NCBI GenBank assembly: GCA_963664405.1
Contig: OY761158.1
Coordinates: 4,192,001-4,256,000, forward strand
Source: Thermoanaerobaculia bacterium
GTDB taxonomy: Bacteria; Acidobacteriota; Thermoanaerobaculia; Multivoradales; Multivoraceae
Reading direction: 5' to 3'
Length of the DNA: 64,000 nt
Below are positions 19,533-29,067 of the stretch, piece after piece; position 1 is the first letter of the stretch, and every line of letters starts with the position of its first letter. The position numbers and the translations under genes are program-made. The notes under the pieces were generated by a model that did no database searches, was not told the DNA's origin, and worked only from the letters and a program-made list of their open reading frames with translations.

Positions 19533-20528
19533 CTACTGACCGCTTCGTTTGTGCCAGCTCGGCATCCAGTTCTCGTCCGACTCGCCGGCCTCCTCCAGCT
19601 TGCGGGCCGCCTTGAGGACGAGCGGCATGGAGTAGTTGGCCTCATGGCATGCGTATTCGTACACGTCGTCGTCGGTGCGCCGAAACTGCTGACGCGCGGT
19701 GAAGGGCGCCTCGTAGGTCTCCGGATCTTCGATCGTGTACTCGTACTGGAGCGTGTCTTCGTCTAGTCGGGTGAAGCGCTCGGTGAAAACCACGTTCTCG
19801 CCGGTGCCGCTAGGGGCGGCGAAGTGCTTGAAGTTGGTGGTGGTGACTACGAAGCTGTCACCCTCCCACTTGCCGGTGGAGAAGCCTTTGAAGAATCGCG
19901 TGGTCGCCGCCACGCTGCCGCTCCCGTCGGTGGGAATGACACGGTGGTCATTCACCATCTCGACTTGCATGGCGACGTGGCTCTCCGACTGCACGATCTG
20001 CATGATGTTGTTGTAGGCACCGGAGCGCATCGGGTTGTTGTTGAAGCCGATGATGCAGCGATCGGTCAGGCTCCGCATTTCGGGCCCATCCGGCGACTTG
20101 CCCTGCATTTCGACGTAGGGCTTGTTGCGCTCCCTTGCCGACGGTTTCATCGCCGGCATCCGCCCGTTCGGGGGATCGACGATCAGCGAGGTACGCAGGC
20201 TGCCATCGAGCCGTGTCGCCAACTCCAGAAAGCCGGAGTTGTAGCCCACATCCACATCCCTCTGGCCATCGAGGCCTTCGCGAAGCTCGCCCTCGCGCTC
20301 CGCGGCTGCGGCGCGCCTGTTGATGGTGTCTCGCTGGAATTGAGCCGCCTCTTCCGGGGTGAGGAGCTCCTTGTCCTTCCAGCGCTCGGGTCGGCTCAGC
20401 GGCGTCGCGTTCTTGAAGTCCCAGGTCCCCTGCAAACTGGGCTTGCCCCAGGGCTTCATCGGTACTTCGCCTCCGGCTGAGGTCGCGGTCAGGACGACCA
20501 GTGTGGTCACTAGTGCTCGGGTTTTCAT
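19533..20528 (-). CDS. Secreted hypothetical protein (paralog of 20551-21366)
   Basis: Signal peptide; GKPSLQGTWD, TSLIVDPPNGR, DRC, ERFTR, TIEDPETY, YEYACHEAN. Confidence 0.85.
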   Translation of the reverse strand: MKTRALVTTLVVLTATSAGGEVPMKPWGKPSLQGTWDFKNATPLSRPERWKDKELLTPEEAAQFQRDTINRRAAAAEREGELREGLDGQRDVDVGYNSGFLELATRLDGSLRTSLIVDPPNGRMPAMKPSARERNKPYVEMQGKSPDGPEMRSLTDRCIIGFNNNPMRSGAYNNIMQIVQSESHVAMQVEMVNDHRVIPTDGSGSVAATTRFFKGFSTGKWEGDSFVVTTTNFKHFAAPSGTGENVVFTERFTRLDEDTLQYEYTIEDPETYEAPFTARQQFRRTDDDVYEYACHEANYSMPLVLKAARKLEEAGESDENWMPSWHKRSGQ

Positions 20529-20550
20529 GACCTCTCCTATCTCCCCACGC

Positions 20551-21366
20551 TCAATAGAGGTTCTTCAGAATAGGTTGGGTCCGGTCCGCACCTTTGCGCA
20601 GGTGAGCGTACATGGCGTCTTCGGCGAAGGGGACGCACTTGAACTCCAAGAGGCGCGCGCCTTCCTCCAGACGTCGGTAGAGGGGCATTCGGATCGTCCA
20701 GGGTCGGGTGAACACCTGAGGATCCTCGATGGTGGCTTCGTAGCGGATGTGATCCGGACCCATCAGCGTGTAGCGCTCCGTCACTTTAAGCTGATCGCTG
20801 TGCCAGCTGCCGGTGGCGTCGAACCAGGTGTCCGGCATCTGGTCGGTCACCTCGACCACCAGGGTTTCGCCTTCCCAGTGACCGAGTGAATAGCCCATCC
20901 AGGACGGCAGCTCCGCCCGGGTGCCGGGTCGGTCGAGGTGGATGATGCGGCTGTTGCTTCCCCATTCGTAGGCAATGAAGAACTTGTTCTTTGACTGCAC
21001 GATGTGGAAGGGCAGCGGCATGTAGGTTTGGCGCGGGAAGCCCGGGATGAAGCACTTCACCACCGGATCCCATAGGTTCCACTCAGACCGGTACTGCTCC
21101 CGTTCGGCCTTCGCTTCCTCGGTGTAGGGAATGGTGCCGCCGTCGATGTAGCTCTGGCCTGCAGGGATCCCTCCCAGCGCGCCAAGTACGATGGTTGCCG
21201 GGCCCTTTTCCGCGTGACCGCCTTCGAGATTCCAGTGAGCGGTACCGACCGCTTGCCAGAGCCCGTTCAGATCCGGCTTCGTGCCTTCATTCGCCTGGCC
21301 GAATAACGTGGCCGTGGCGAGCAGCCCACAAAATAGGGCTCCCGAAATCGCTGATTGTCTTCCCAT
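20551..21366 (-). CDS. Secreted hypothetical protein
   Basis: Start at ATG 21366 with signal peptide; KPDLNGLW, DPVVKC, G.SLGHWEGETLVV, ERYT, TIEDP, LLEFKC. Confidence 0.85.
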   Translation of the reverse strand: MGRQSAISGALFCGLLATATLFGQANEGTKPDLNGLWQAVGTAHWNLEGGHAEKGPATIVLGALGGIPAGQSYIDGGTIPYTEEAKAEREQYRSEWNLWDPVVKCFIPGFPRQTYMPLPFHIVQSKNKFFIAYEWGSNSRIIHLDRPGTRAELPSWMGYSLGHWEGETLVVEVTDQMPDTWFDATGSWHSDQLKVTERYTLMGPDHIRYEATIEDPQVFTRPWTIRMPLYRRLEEGARLLEFKCVPFAEDAMYAHLRKGADRTQPILKNLY

Positions 21367-21377
21367 GACGGTCTCGC

Positions 21378-21836
21378 CTATCGCTCCGTCGGATCGGCGC
21401 CGTTGCTCGGGGCGCCGGTGCCGGAAGAGCCCATGAAGAGCTTCTGGCCGTTGGCGAAGGTGATGTCGCGGCCGCTGCCCCGACACTTCGGCTCGCAGTC
21501 CGGGTCCTTGCTCTGGTAACCCCTGACGATCACTTCGGACCCGACGGTCAGCACCGTGCGGGAGATCCCCCGTCGTAGAAGCGCGTTCGGCGTACCGCCC
21601 TCCATCATCCACGGCACCGTGGAGCCGTCCTCCTGGGTCACGTCGACGTGGATCCAGCTGTGGGGGTTGACCCACTCCACCCTCACCACCGTACCGGTGA
21701 TCTCGAACGGCCTGCCGGCATCGAACTCCGAGGAGAACGCATGGTGGGCGTTCACCACAAGCGGGGATCCAAGCAGTGCCGCCGTGGTTGCGAGAGTCGG
21801 CAGAAGGCCTCGGGTGATGCGAGTCATCGAGCTCAT
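21378..21836 (-). CDS. DUF6152-like secreted protein
   Basis: Signal peptide ending VNA, then HHAFSSEFD; WVNPHSWI; WMMEGGTPNAL. Confidence 0.8.
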   Translation of the reverse strand: MSSMTRITRGLLPTLATTAALLGSPLVVNAHHAFSSEFDAGRPFEITGTVVRVEWVNPHSWIHVDVTQEDGSTVPWMMEGGTPNALLRRGISRTVLTVGSEVIVRGYQSKDPDCEPKCRGSGRDITFANGQKLFMGSSGTGAPSNGADPTER

Positions 21837-21969
21837 AACCTCCGTTGTGATCGCAGGGTCCCAATACTAGTCTCAAGAGGCTGGTGGCGCCACATCTTGC
21901 ACGACCAAGCCTGGTTGGAGCCCAGCGGCTTTGAGATTACGCTGAGCTTCGAGAACCCGAGGAGACCGT

Positions 21970-22773
21970 ATGGCCCTGGCCGCAATCAGCGCCGCCGAGT
22001 TCGAGGAGGTCTACCAGGCCTGGGTCGAGCACGGCGTGCTGCGCTTTCGCGGTCAGAGCCTCGACGACAAGCAGCTCGAGGAGTTCAGTGCGCGATTCGG
22101 GCCGCTCGAGAAGACCCCGGCCAAGCTGCCGCCCGAGAAGTTGAAGCTACTGCCTAGCCTCTATGTCGTGCCGCTGTCGAACATCAAGAAAGACGGCCGA
22201 CCGATCGGAGGCCTGGGCAACACCGAAGCCAGATGGCACTCCGATATGACCTATCTCGAGACACCACCCCCAGCGAGCGTCCTGTTGAGCATCGAGGTGC
22301 CCGAAGAAGGGGGCAACACTCAGTTCTCCTGCCAGCACGCAGCCCTCGAGTCCCTTCCCGAGGAGCTTCGGGAGCGACTCCAACACATCCGGATCAAGCA
22401 CGATGCCGCCCACACCAGCGTTGGGGATCTTCGCTTCGGCTTCGAAGAGGTGAGCGACCCGAGCGACGCGCCAGGCGCCGTGCACTCCGCCATCCTTCGC
22501 CACCCGGAGAACGGCCGCGACGCGCTCTACCTCGGCCGGCGCGAGTGGGCCTACGTTATGGGGATGGAGATCGAGGACAGCGAGAGGCTGCTCGACGAGC
22601 TCTAGCGCTATGCGACGCTGCCTGAGAATGTGTGGACCCAGGAGTGGCGGGTCGGCGACGTGCTCATCTGGGACAACCGGCGAGTGGTCCACAGGCGCGA
22701 CGGGTTCCCCGACCACATGCGGCGATTGATGAAGCGCTGCCAGGTACTAGCTCGCGAGTCGGTGACGAGCTGA
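21970..22773 (+). pseudogene. TauD/TfdA-family 2OG-Fe(II) dioxygenase, interrupted by a nonsense codon
   Basis: HGVLRFRGQSL, WHSD, GGNTQF, HPENGR. In-frame TAG at 22603-22605, then WRVGDVLIWDNRRVVHRR. The N-terminus also looks short. Confidence 0.85.
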
Positions 22774-22806
22774 GCTAGTCCGAGCCGATAACTTCTTCGC
22801 GTAGGG

Positions 22807-23822
22807 TCAGAAGAGCTGCCGTTGTTCCACGGTCTCAGCTCCCTTGGCGAGCTCGAAGAGCATGCCGTCCTTAGTTACGACCACGTCCTCCGGAAGGCCG
22901 GCGGTGAACTGGTTCATCATCATCTCGTTGGCCGGGGCGGGCACGAGGTGGTAGAAGGCGACCATTCTGACCCCCGCCTCCTTCGCCAGCTCGAGGATGT
23001 CGGCGGTCGGCGCGTGGTAGTCCTGGATGTCTTTCATGATCTTGCTCAAGCGCTCGTTCCCCATGGCACCCAGCATCCTCTCGGCCTGCTGGACCAGGGA
23101 TAGCGCCATGGCGTCGTGAAGTAGCAGGTCGGTGCCCTTGGCCGCATCGCCGAGGGTCGCAGTGGCGACGGTGTCGCCGCTCACGACCACGGAGCGACCG
23201 ACGAAGTCGAAGCGGTAGCCGAACGCGGGCTCGATCGGTCGATGGTCCACTGGAAATGCGGTGATCGTGAGACCGTCCTCCTCATAGACCACGCCCGGCT
23301 CGATAACCTGCGCCTTCATCGGGCCCAGTTTCGCCGGCAGCATCTCCTCGCCGTGGTGTGCGGTGCGGTAGGAGCGGTCGAGGAATAGGCCTGGTTGAAG
23401 CCGTTCACGACCTCGCCTACTCCTTGTGGCCCCAACACAGCGAGCGGCTCGGAGCGCCCCGCGATCCAGGAGGCCAGGTTGATGCCGGGGAGGTCGCCGA
23501 TGTGATCGGAGTGATAGTGGGTCAGCAGAACCCCCCTGAGATGCTCCATCGGAAAGCGGGCGATACCGAGATTCTTGGCCGAGCCGACGCCGGTGTCGAC
23601 CAAGAAGATGCGCTCGCCGGCGACGACCGCGATGCAGGCTTGGGCGCGCTCGGGGATGTTGCCGAGTGGTGAAGCCGAGCCGCAGACGAACACGCGCAGT
23701 GCGTCGGGCTCGAAGAGGGCGGTTGGAGGAGCACCGAGCTGTGCGGCAGTTGGCAGGACTCCCAGCAGGGAGACTACAGCCGTAGCGAGAAGAGGGAATC
23801 GGATCTGGTCAGAGCGGGACAT
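22807..23822 (-). pseudogene. RNase Z/AtsA-like MBL-fold hydrolase (secreted), frameshifted
   Basis: CGSASP, LTHYHSDHIGD in one frame; VDHRPIEPAFGYR, SGDT, DYH, YHLVP in another. Single-base shift near 23380. Confidence 0.82.
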
Positions 23823-23872
23823 ACTCACTCTCCGTTTCGAGCGGATGAAGTCCGAGACGATTCGGAGCGACT

Positions 23873-24185
23873 TTACCCCGCTTCCGCCATCCCGGCTGGC
23901 TCCGCCTCGCCTACGCGCTCGGCCGCCGCGCTCATCATTCGGCCCTGGTTGAGGTCGAGGTACACGTGGAAGGCCATCGCCAGCCACAGAGAACCGCTGA
24001 ACACATAGAGGAGCGCTGCGACCAGGCCAACACTGCCCGTCGTCAGTACGTTTGCCCACAGTCCCTGGTAACTGTGGGCGAGGCCGAAGGCCAGTGAGGA
24101 GAGCAGCACGGCCCAGTGCGAGGGTGCGAACTGGGAGAAGTACCAGATCAGGTAGCCGCGGAAGACGATTTCTTCGCAGACGTAC
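23873..24185 (-). pseudogene. C-terminal half of a CPBP/CAAX (Abi) intramembrane protease
   Basis: CEEIVFRG, FGLAHSYQG and AMAFH..D are present. The N-terminal TM region is missing. Confidence 0.72.
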
Positions 24186-24327
24186 GACGAAGCAGGTAGC
24201 GGATGCGCTCGGTGTGAAGCGCAGCCGCCAGCACCCTCGGGCAGCGAAGGAGGAGCCGCGAAAAGCCGCGGCTGCGGTTCCGAGCCACCAAGTGCGCTGG
24301 GGGAGTCCAGGCGTTTTCTCTGCGGGT

Positions 24328-24600
24328 CGGTGATCTCGACCGTGAGTACCTGCTGCACCTGCCCTCGATCTACGACGCCAACATCGCGTCCTCCCTGGTT
24401 CTCGACTTTCACGGCTACACCGGAGTGGCGGCGGGAGAGGGGGGCCTACACCGGACGCAGCCATCATGCCGACCAGAACGCCTACTGCACCTGGGACGGG
24501 GAGCACGCGTGGCCTAAGGCAGAGGGCCTGCCGGTCGGCAACGAGATCATCTGGGAGTTCTTCTCTCGGCATACGCGGTCGAAGTACCGAGCTAACGGGT
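24328..24600 (+). pseudogene. Internally deleted PHB-depolymerase/feruloyl-esterase-like gene
   Basis: N-terminal DREYLLHLP..YD....LVLDFHGYTG is joined out of frame to C-terminal GEHAWP...NEIIWEFFSRH. The catalytic Ser region is absent. Confidence 0.65.
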
Positions 24601-24741
24601 CAGCGGGCTCTCCCTGACTTGGACCAGAAGCCCCTTGAGCTCGGCCAGCTCAAATGACACATCCCGTGGGCCCCCAGGTCAATTCTTCCGACGAGAGCGT
24701 CCGTGGCTGGCGGCCAGGTTTGGCTGGCCCGATCCGCTCGG

Positions 24742-26643
24742 TCACTCGGCGGGTGCCGGTGTGATCCAGATCGGCGAGGACCAGGCCCGCTCCTGGATGG
24801 TCTGGGGCAGGCCCGGCCGCGGCTCCACCCCGGCGCGGATGGCATCCCAGGTCGACCAGCGACAGGTCGGGTTCTCGATCACTCGCACGTAGTAGAAGGC
24901 ACGCTGGGAGGGATCGAATCCCGGATCGCTCCAACCCGCGTCGAGGGCCGCGGCACCGGCGTCCTCGCTGAAGCTGCAGTCGGACAGGTCGACGCTGGCG
25001 TCGTTCGAGGGGCAGCGCCATGTGTCAGGGTCCGGCACGGCCCCGTCCGAGCACGCGATGTCGAAGACCTGCTCGTGGGTAGCGCCGCCCTCGAGCCAAC
25101 CCTTTACGATCTGGAGGCGATCCAGGGGCGCGCTCGCCGGATCGCGGGTCGCCTGCGCCAAGAAGCGCGGAGCGACTGCCTGTCCGCCCTCCAGATCTGC
25201 TCCCATCGGCACCCCACCGGTGTAGGCCAGCTCGACGGCGTCCTCACCCTCCGCCAGGGTCTCCGGTAGTCCGTAGCCGGCGAAGAAGCGAACCCGGATG
25301 CGAGGGCCCGAGGTGGCGAAAGTCTCTTTTCGACGCATTGCATCGTAGATCGCTTCGCGGGTGTTCTCTTCCGCCCAGACACCGGCGAGACCCGAGGCGC
25401 CCCACAGCGCCAAACGGAGCTCGACATAGTCCTCTCCCTCGGCCAGCGGAATCGATCCTCGCCTCTCCGGAGTGCCGTCGGCGAACCCGATCTTGGAGCT
25501 GAAGCTCGACTCCTCCGGCTGGCTGGCTCCGGTATGGGTGTCGCTCGAGCCGATGAGACCGAAGCGGAAGGGGTTGAACCCCACCTCTTCTTGCATCTGG
25601 AGACCCCCGAGGTAGGCGTCGCGGGCGTAGCTCCCAGGCGGATCGCTCGCCATCGCCGGGGCGTTGGCGCCCGACCGGTACGGATAGAGCTCGAAGTCGG
25701 CCCATTCGTCGGTGGGCGAGAGCATGGGGTGGGTCTCGGAGGTGCCCTTGATCTGCGTCACCTCCACGATCGGCTCGTTGCGCATACGCTGTTCCGCGTA
25801 GGCTGCATCGAGTGGGTCACCCTCGAAGCTGGTGCGCCGGAACATGAGCCCGTTCGATTCGTTCGAATTGTGCGGAATCGCCAGCGACTCGATGCCTTCG
25901 GCACGGAGGCCGTCCATCCACGCCCACAGATCCTCCGGGTTTTCGGAGTCGTACCTGCTGAAGGGGGTGGCCGGAACCTTGGTGTCACGGAAGATCACGT
26001 TGCGGTGCAGGTTCTGGCGGTTCGGGCCGGAGGTGTACTCGTAAGCGATAAAGGTGGTGAACTTTCCGGGCTCGTAGTGACGCTCGGCCGCGGCTGCGAT
26101 CTCCTGCCAGGCCGAGCGCAGGACCTCGGCGTCGAAGATCTCGCCCCACCTGTCAGCTGGCAGGTAGGTGGGTAGCAACGCCAGTGCTTCCAAGCGCTCC
26201 TCGAGGCTTCGGGCCTTTCTCACCACATCTCCCAACTCGGTATCGTGCACCCTCTCTGCCGGATCACTCATGGCCCTCATGTGGCCGAGCAGAATGGCGT
26301 GGTCGGTGACGGCGTAGAAGTCCAAGGGACCGCTTGCGAGTCTCATCTCGTAGCCGACCGGATGCTCGATGGCGTCGCCGCGTGCGAAGCGATAGGCGTC
26401 GTCGGGCGTCGCCAACGAGCCGTAGAGGTAGGCGTCCATCGAGTAGCTGGTGTGGACGTGGAGGTCTCCGAAATAGGCGTTGCGCAGAGGATTACGCTCA
26501 CTGCTTCCGGCAGCCTGCTGCGATGTCGCCGCGCCCTTCGACGTCGAGGGCTCCTGCTCGGGCGTGCTCGGCCCGCAGCCTAGAGCCAGGATGGAGAGGA
26601 GAGCCGGCACGACGGAGCAGCGAAGGTGACTCGATTTCGACAT
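24742..26643 (-). CDS. DUF3604-family lipoprotein (PHP-like metal-binding)
   Basis: Lipobox LALGC; YFGDLHVHT, AVTDH, NLHRNVIF, IPHNSN, GSSDTH, ERAWSSPIW. Confidence 0.88.
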   Translation of the reverse strand: MSKSSHLRCSVVPALLSILALGCGPSTPEQEPSTSKGAATSQQAAGSSERNPLRNAYFGDLHVHTSYSMDAYLYGSLATPDDAYRFARGDAIEHPVGYEMRLASGPLDFYAVTDHAILLGHMRAMSDPAERVHDTELGDVVRKARSLEERLEALALLPTYLPADRWGEIFDAEVLRSAWQEIAAAAERHYEPGKFTTFIAYEYTSGPNRQNLHRNVIFRDTKVPATPFSRYDSENPEDLWAWMDGLRAEGIESLAIPHNSNESNGLMFRRTSFEGDPLDAAYAEQRMRNEPIVEVTQIKGTSETHPMLSPTDEWADFELYPYRSGANAPAMASDPPGSYARDAYLGGLQMQEEVGFNPFRFGLIGSSDTHTGASQPEESSFSSKIGFADGTPERRGSIPLAEGEDYVELRLALWGASGLAGVWAEENTREAIYDAMRRKETFATSGPRIRVRFFAGYGLPETLAEGEDAVELAYTGGVPMGADLEGGQAVAPRFLAQATRDPASAPLDRLQIVKGWLEGGATHEQVFDIACSDGAVPDPDTWRCPSNDASVDLSDCSFSEDAGAAALDAGWSDPGFDPSQRAFYYVRVIENPTCRWSTWDAIRAGVEPRPGLPQTIQERAWSSPIWITPAPAE

Positions 26644-26975
26644 TCAGATCTCCCCTCGGCTGCGACCGTAGCATTTTCGAGATCTCCTCAAACGGAGGCG
26701 GCAGGCCCGTCGTTGTCTGAGATAGCCGCTGTGGCGGTGTCGAGGAGTACGGTCGGCCCCAGACCGACCGGGACACTGGCCAAGAAGAGCTGTCGAGCCC
26801 GGCAAGAACTCGGCAGGGCAGATTCGATTCGTCAACCACGGCAAGGATGACGATCTTCGAGCTCGATCGTCTCCTGGTTGCTTGCGGAGCTCTCGCCCAC
26901 TGCGTTGACCCGCTGCACGACGACCGCCACCTGCCCAGAGGACTCGGAGCCGGTGAAGCTCTCGGCCGCGAGCGC

Positions 26976-27635
26976 AACCTCTGCCTTGTCGCCAGCCGCT
27001 TCCGGGTCGAAGTCGAATGGCGCAACCAACGCAACGGCGAGAGGGGCAGCGGCCATGCCCTCGAAGGAAGCGACCAGAGCGGCGGCTTCTGGTTCTTCGA
27101 CGCCGACAACGTCGAGCTCATCGTCAAGGCTCTCGATGGTCGCCAGATCACCGGCGCATGGTGGATCTTCTATGGAGCGCTCTCCGACGTCGAATACTGG
27201 ATCGTCGTCACCGACACCGAGACTGGAGTGACGAGGATCTATCGCAACGAGCCCTTCGACATTTGTGGCCGAGGCGACACCGCAGCCTTTCCCGAAGCTG
27301 GAGGAGAGGCCGTCTCGACGGGGTCGAACGAAGCTCTCCCAACCAGCAGCTGGCTTCCAGCGCCCCTGCACCCGGCTCTCGATCTCGAGCCTCGCCTTCA
27401 GAGTCGCGATGCTTGCGTTCCCGGCGATCTCACTCTGTGCCTGCTCGACGGACGTTTCGAAGTCGAAGTCGGTTGGCGCAACCATCGCAACGGCGATACC
27501 GGAGTAGGCACCGCGATCCCCTTCTCCGACCGCAGTGGCTTCTTCTGGTTCTTCGATTCGGGCAACACCGAGCTGGTGGTGAAGGCTCTCGACGGCCAGT
27601 CGGTCAACGGCAGCTTCTGGTTCTTCTACGGGGCG
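26976..27635 (+). pseudogene. Two tandem copies (second truncated) of an uncharacterised C-terminal domain of surface proteins
   Basis: LCL..RFxVEVxWRN.RNG..G.G....D.SGxFWFFD..NxELxVKALDG occurs twice. The second copy breaks off at FFYGA. No credible N-terminus. Confidence 0.7.
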
Positions 27636-27680
27636 CGCACGCGGGGAGGTGGGGTGCCCTGGACGGCCGGCGCTAGTCGC

Positions 27681-28446
27681 TCAGCACAGCTTCTCTTGCG
27701 ATCTCTGTGGGCTCTCTGCGGCGAGCCAACGATTGCCGACGACCTCGAGGGTGCAGCGGATCTCGAAGCCGAGTGCCTCGTATAGGCGGACGGCGTTCTC
27801 GTTGGTCGCCAGGACATGGAGCAGAGCCTCTTCGCCTTGCTCGCGGATGTGGCCCGCGACCCACAGAGTCAGCGCCGCACCGAGGCCTTGGCGGCGGGCG
27901 TCGGGATGGGTGCACACAGCCGAGATCTCGCGCCATCCCGGTAGATGGAGTCGTTGTCCCGCCATCGCCATCAGCCTGCCAGCCTGGCGCACGCCGACAT
28001 AGGCCCCGAGCTCGATGGTGCGGGGACGAAACGGGCCGGGTTCCGTCAACTCGACCAACGACATGATTTCGTCCGTGTCCGCGGTGCCGAGTTGTAGAAG
28101 CTCAAGAACGGGGATAGCCGGTAGATCGCGAGCGATCATCTGGTGGCAAGGCTGGCGGAAGAGCTCGGTCCAGCCCTCCGGCGCCGGAGGCACTCGAGGT
28201 CGAACAAGGACCGCGGTCTTCTGGGGGCCGACCAACTCGGCTAGGGCCGCCCAGCTCTCCTCGTTTACCTGATCGACGGCCGAGAAGGGAGAGACCTCCG
28301 GCACGAAGCGGCGGGCCAGGCCGTCCAGACTGAGCTCCGCGAAGCGCTGCTGAGGACCGGTCAAGCTATGCCAGACAGGGTTGTCTAAGAGCAGCATGGC
28401 GTTGTCGCCGGAGGACGTGGCGCTGGCGGTAGGATCTTTCGACATG
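27681..28446 (-). CDS. GNAT (FR47-like) acetyltransferase
   Basis: LDNPVW, EPGPF, MAGQR, EISAVCTHPDARRQGLG, N..A.RLYEALGF. Start uncertain. Confidence 0.88.
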
Positions 28447-28458
28447 GGATGCGGGCTC

Positions 28459-28926
28459 CTATCCGCGGTTTCTTTCGGTTTCGACCGCGGCATCGTAGAG
28501 CCGTTTGAGCGCCGGTCCGATCGGTTTCCGGTGCCGATGTGGGATGTGGTCGAGGAGCCGTTGGGCCTCCCCGTCGAGCGCCTGGTCGAGCTCGGCGGCC
28601 CGCGCGCGGCCCTTGGCGCTGAGACTGAGCCGTATCAGCCGCCGGTCGATCTCAGCGGGCCGCCGTCGCAACATGCCCTCGGCCTCCAGAGCCGAGACTG
28701 TACGGCTCACCCACGCCTTGTCTAGGCGTGTGCGCTGTACCACCTCGGCGAGCCCCATCTCGCCGTGGTCGTGCAGGGTAGTGAGGACGTGGCATTGGGC
28801 TACGCCGATGCCACTACAGACCCTCAGGGAGTAGCGCTGGAGACGAGCAACGGTCCGAGTCAACTCTCGCAGCAGCCGGGCGTCGTCGAGATCCTTCTTC
28901 GGTTCCGCGGAACGGATCGTTGTCAT
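28459..28926 (-). CDS. MarR-family transcriptional regulator
   Basis: Winged HTH (LDKAWVSRTVSALEAEG), DRR..LSAKGR. Confidence 0.88.
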   Translation of the reverse strand: MTTIRSAEPKKDLDDARLLRELTRTVARLQRYSLRVCSGIGVAQCHVLTTLHDHGEMGLAEVVQRTRLDKAWVSRTVSALEAEGMLRRRPAEIDRRLIRLSLSAKGRARAAELDQALDGEAQRLLDHIPHRHRKPIGPALKRLYDAAVETERNRG

Positions 28927-28963
28927 ATACAACTAGTTTGCACGATAAAGCCGTAGTTGACAA
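28919..28963 (-). promoter_or_regulatory. Putative marR promoter and palindromic operator
   Basis: GTTGT-CATAT-ACAAC palindrome (28919-28933) covers the start codon. The minus strand has TTGTCA-N17-CAAACT upstream. Confidence 0.55.
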
Positions 28964-29067
28964 CGATTTTCGTCGTCCGGGCGGTGCCGACTCCGTCGAG
29001 GGTGAGACCCAGGGCTCGACGACGACGAGATGGGCACTGTGGCTTGCCTCGTATAAAATTTGGAATC

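Noticed and set aside
20551-21876. 441-aa version of the secreted hypothetical protein
   Set aside because: The extension overlaps the DUF6152-like gene in another frame. A signal peptide begins at ATG 21366.
22603-22605. In-frame TAG in the TauD-like gene as possible pyrrolysine or amber readthrough
   Set aside because: The context DEL*RYA fits a single TGG>TAG change at a Trp. No pyl genes are in the window, other genes use TAG as a stop, and neighbouring genes are also decayed.
23316-24572. 418-aa ORF as a novel fusion protein
   Set aside because: Only the part from ATG 23822 is MBL-like. The upstream part is an off-frame read through unrelated fragments.
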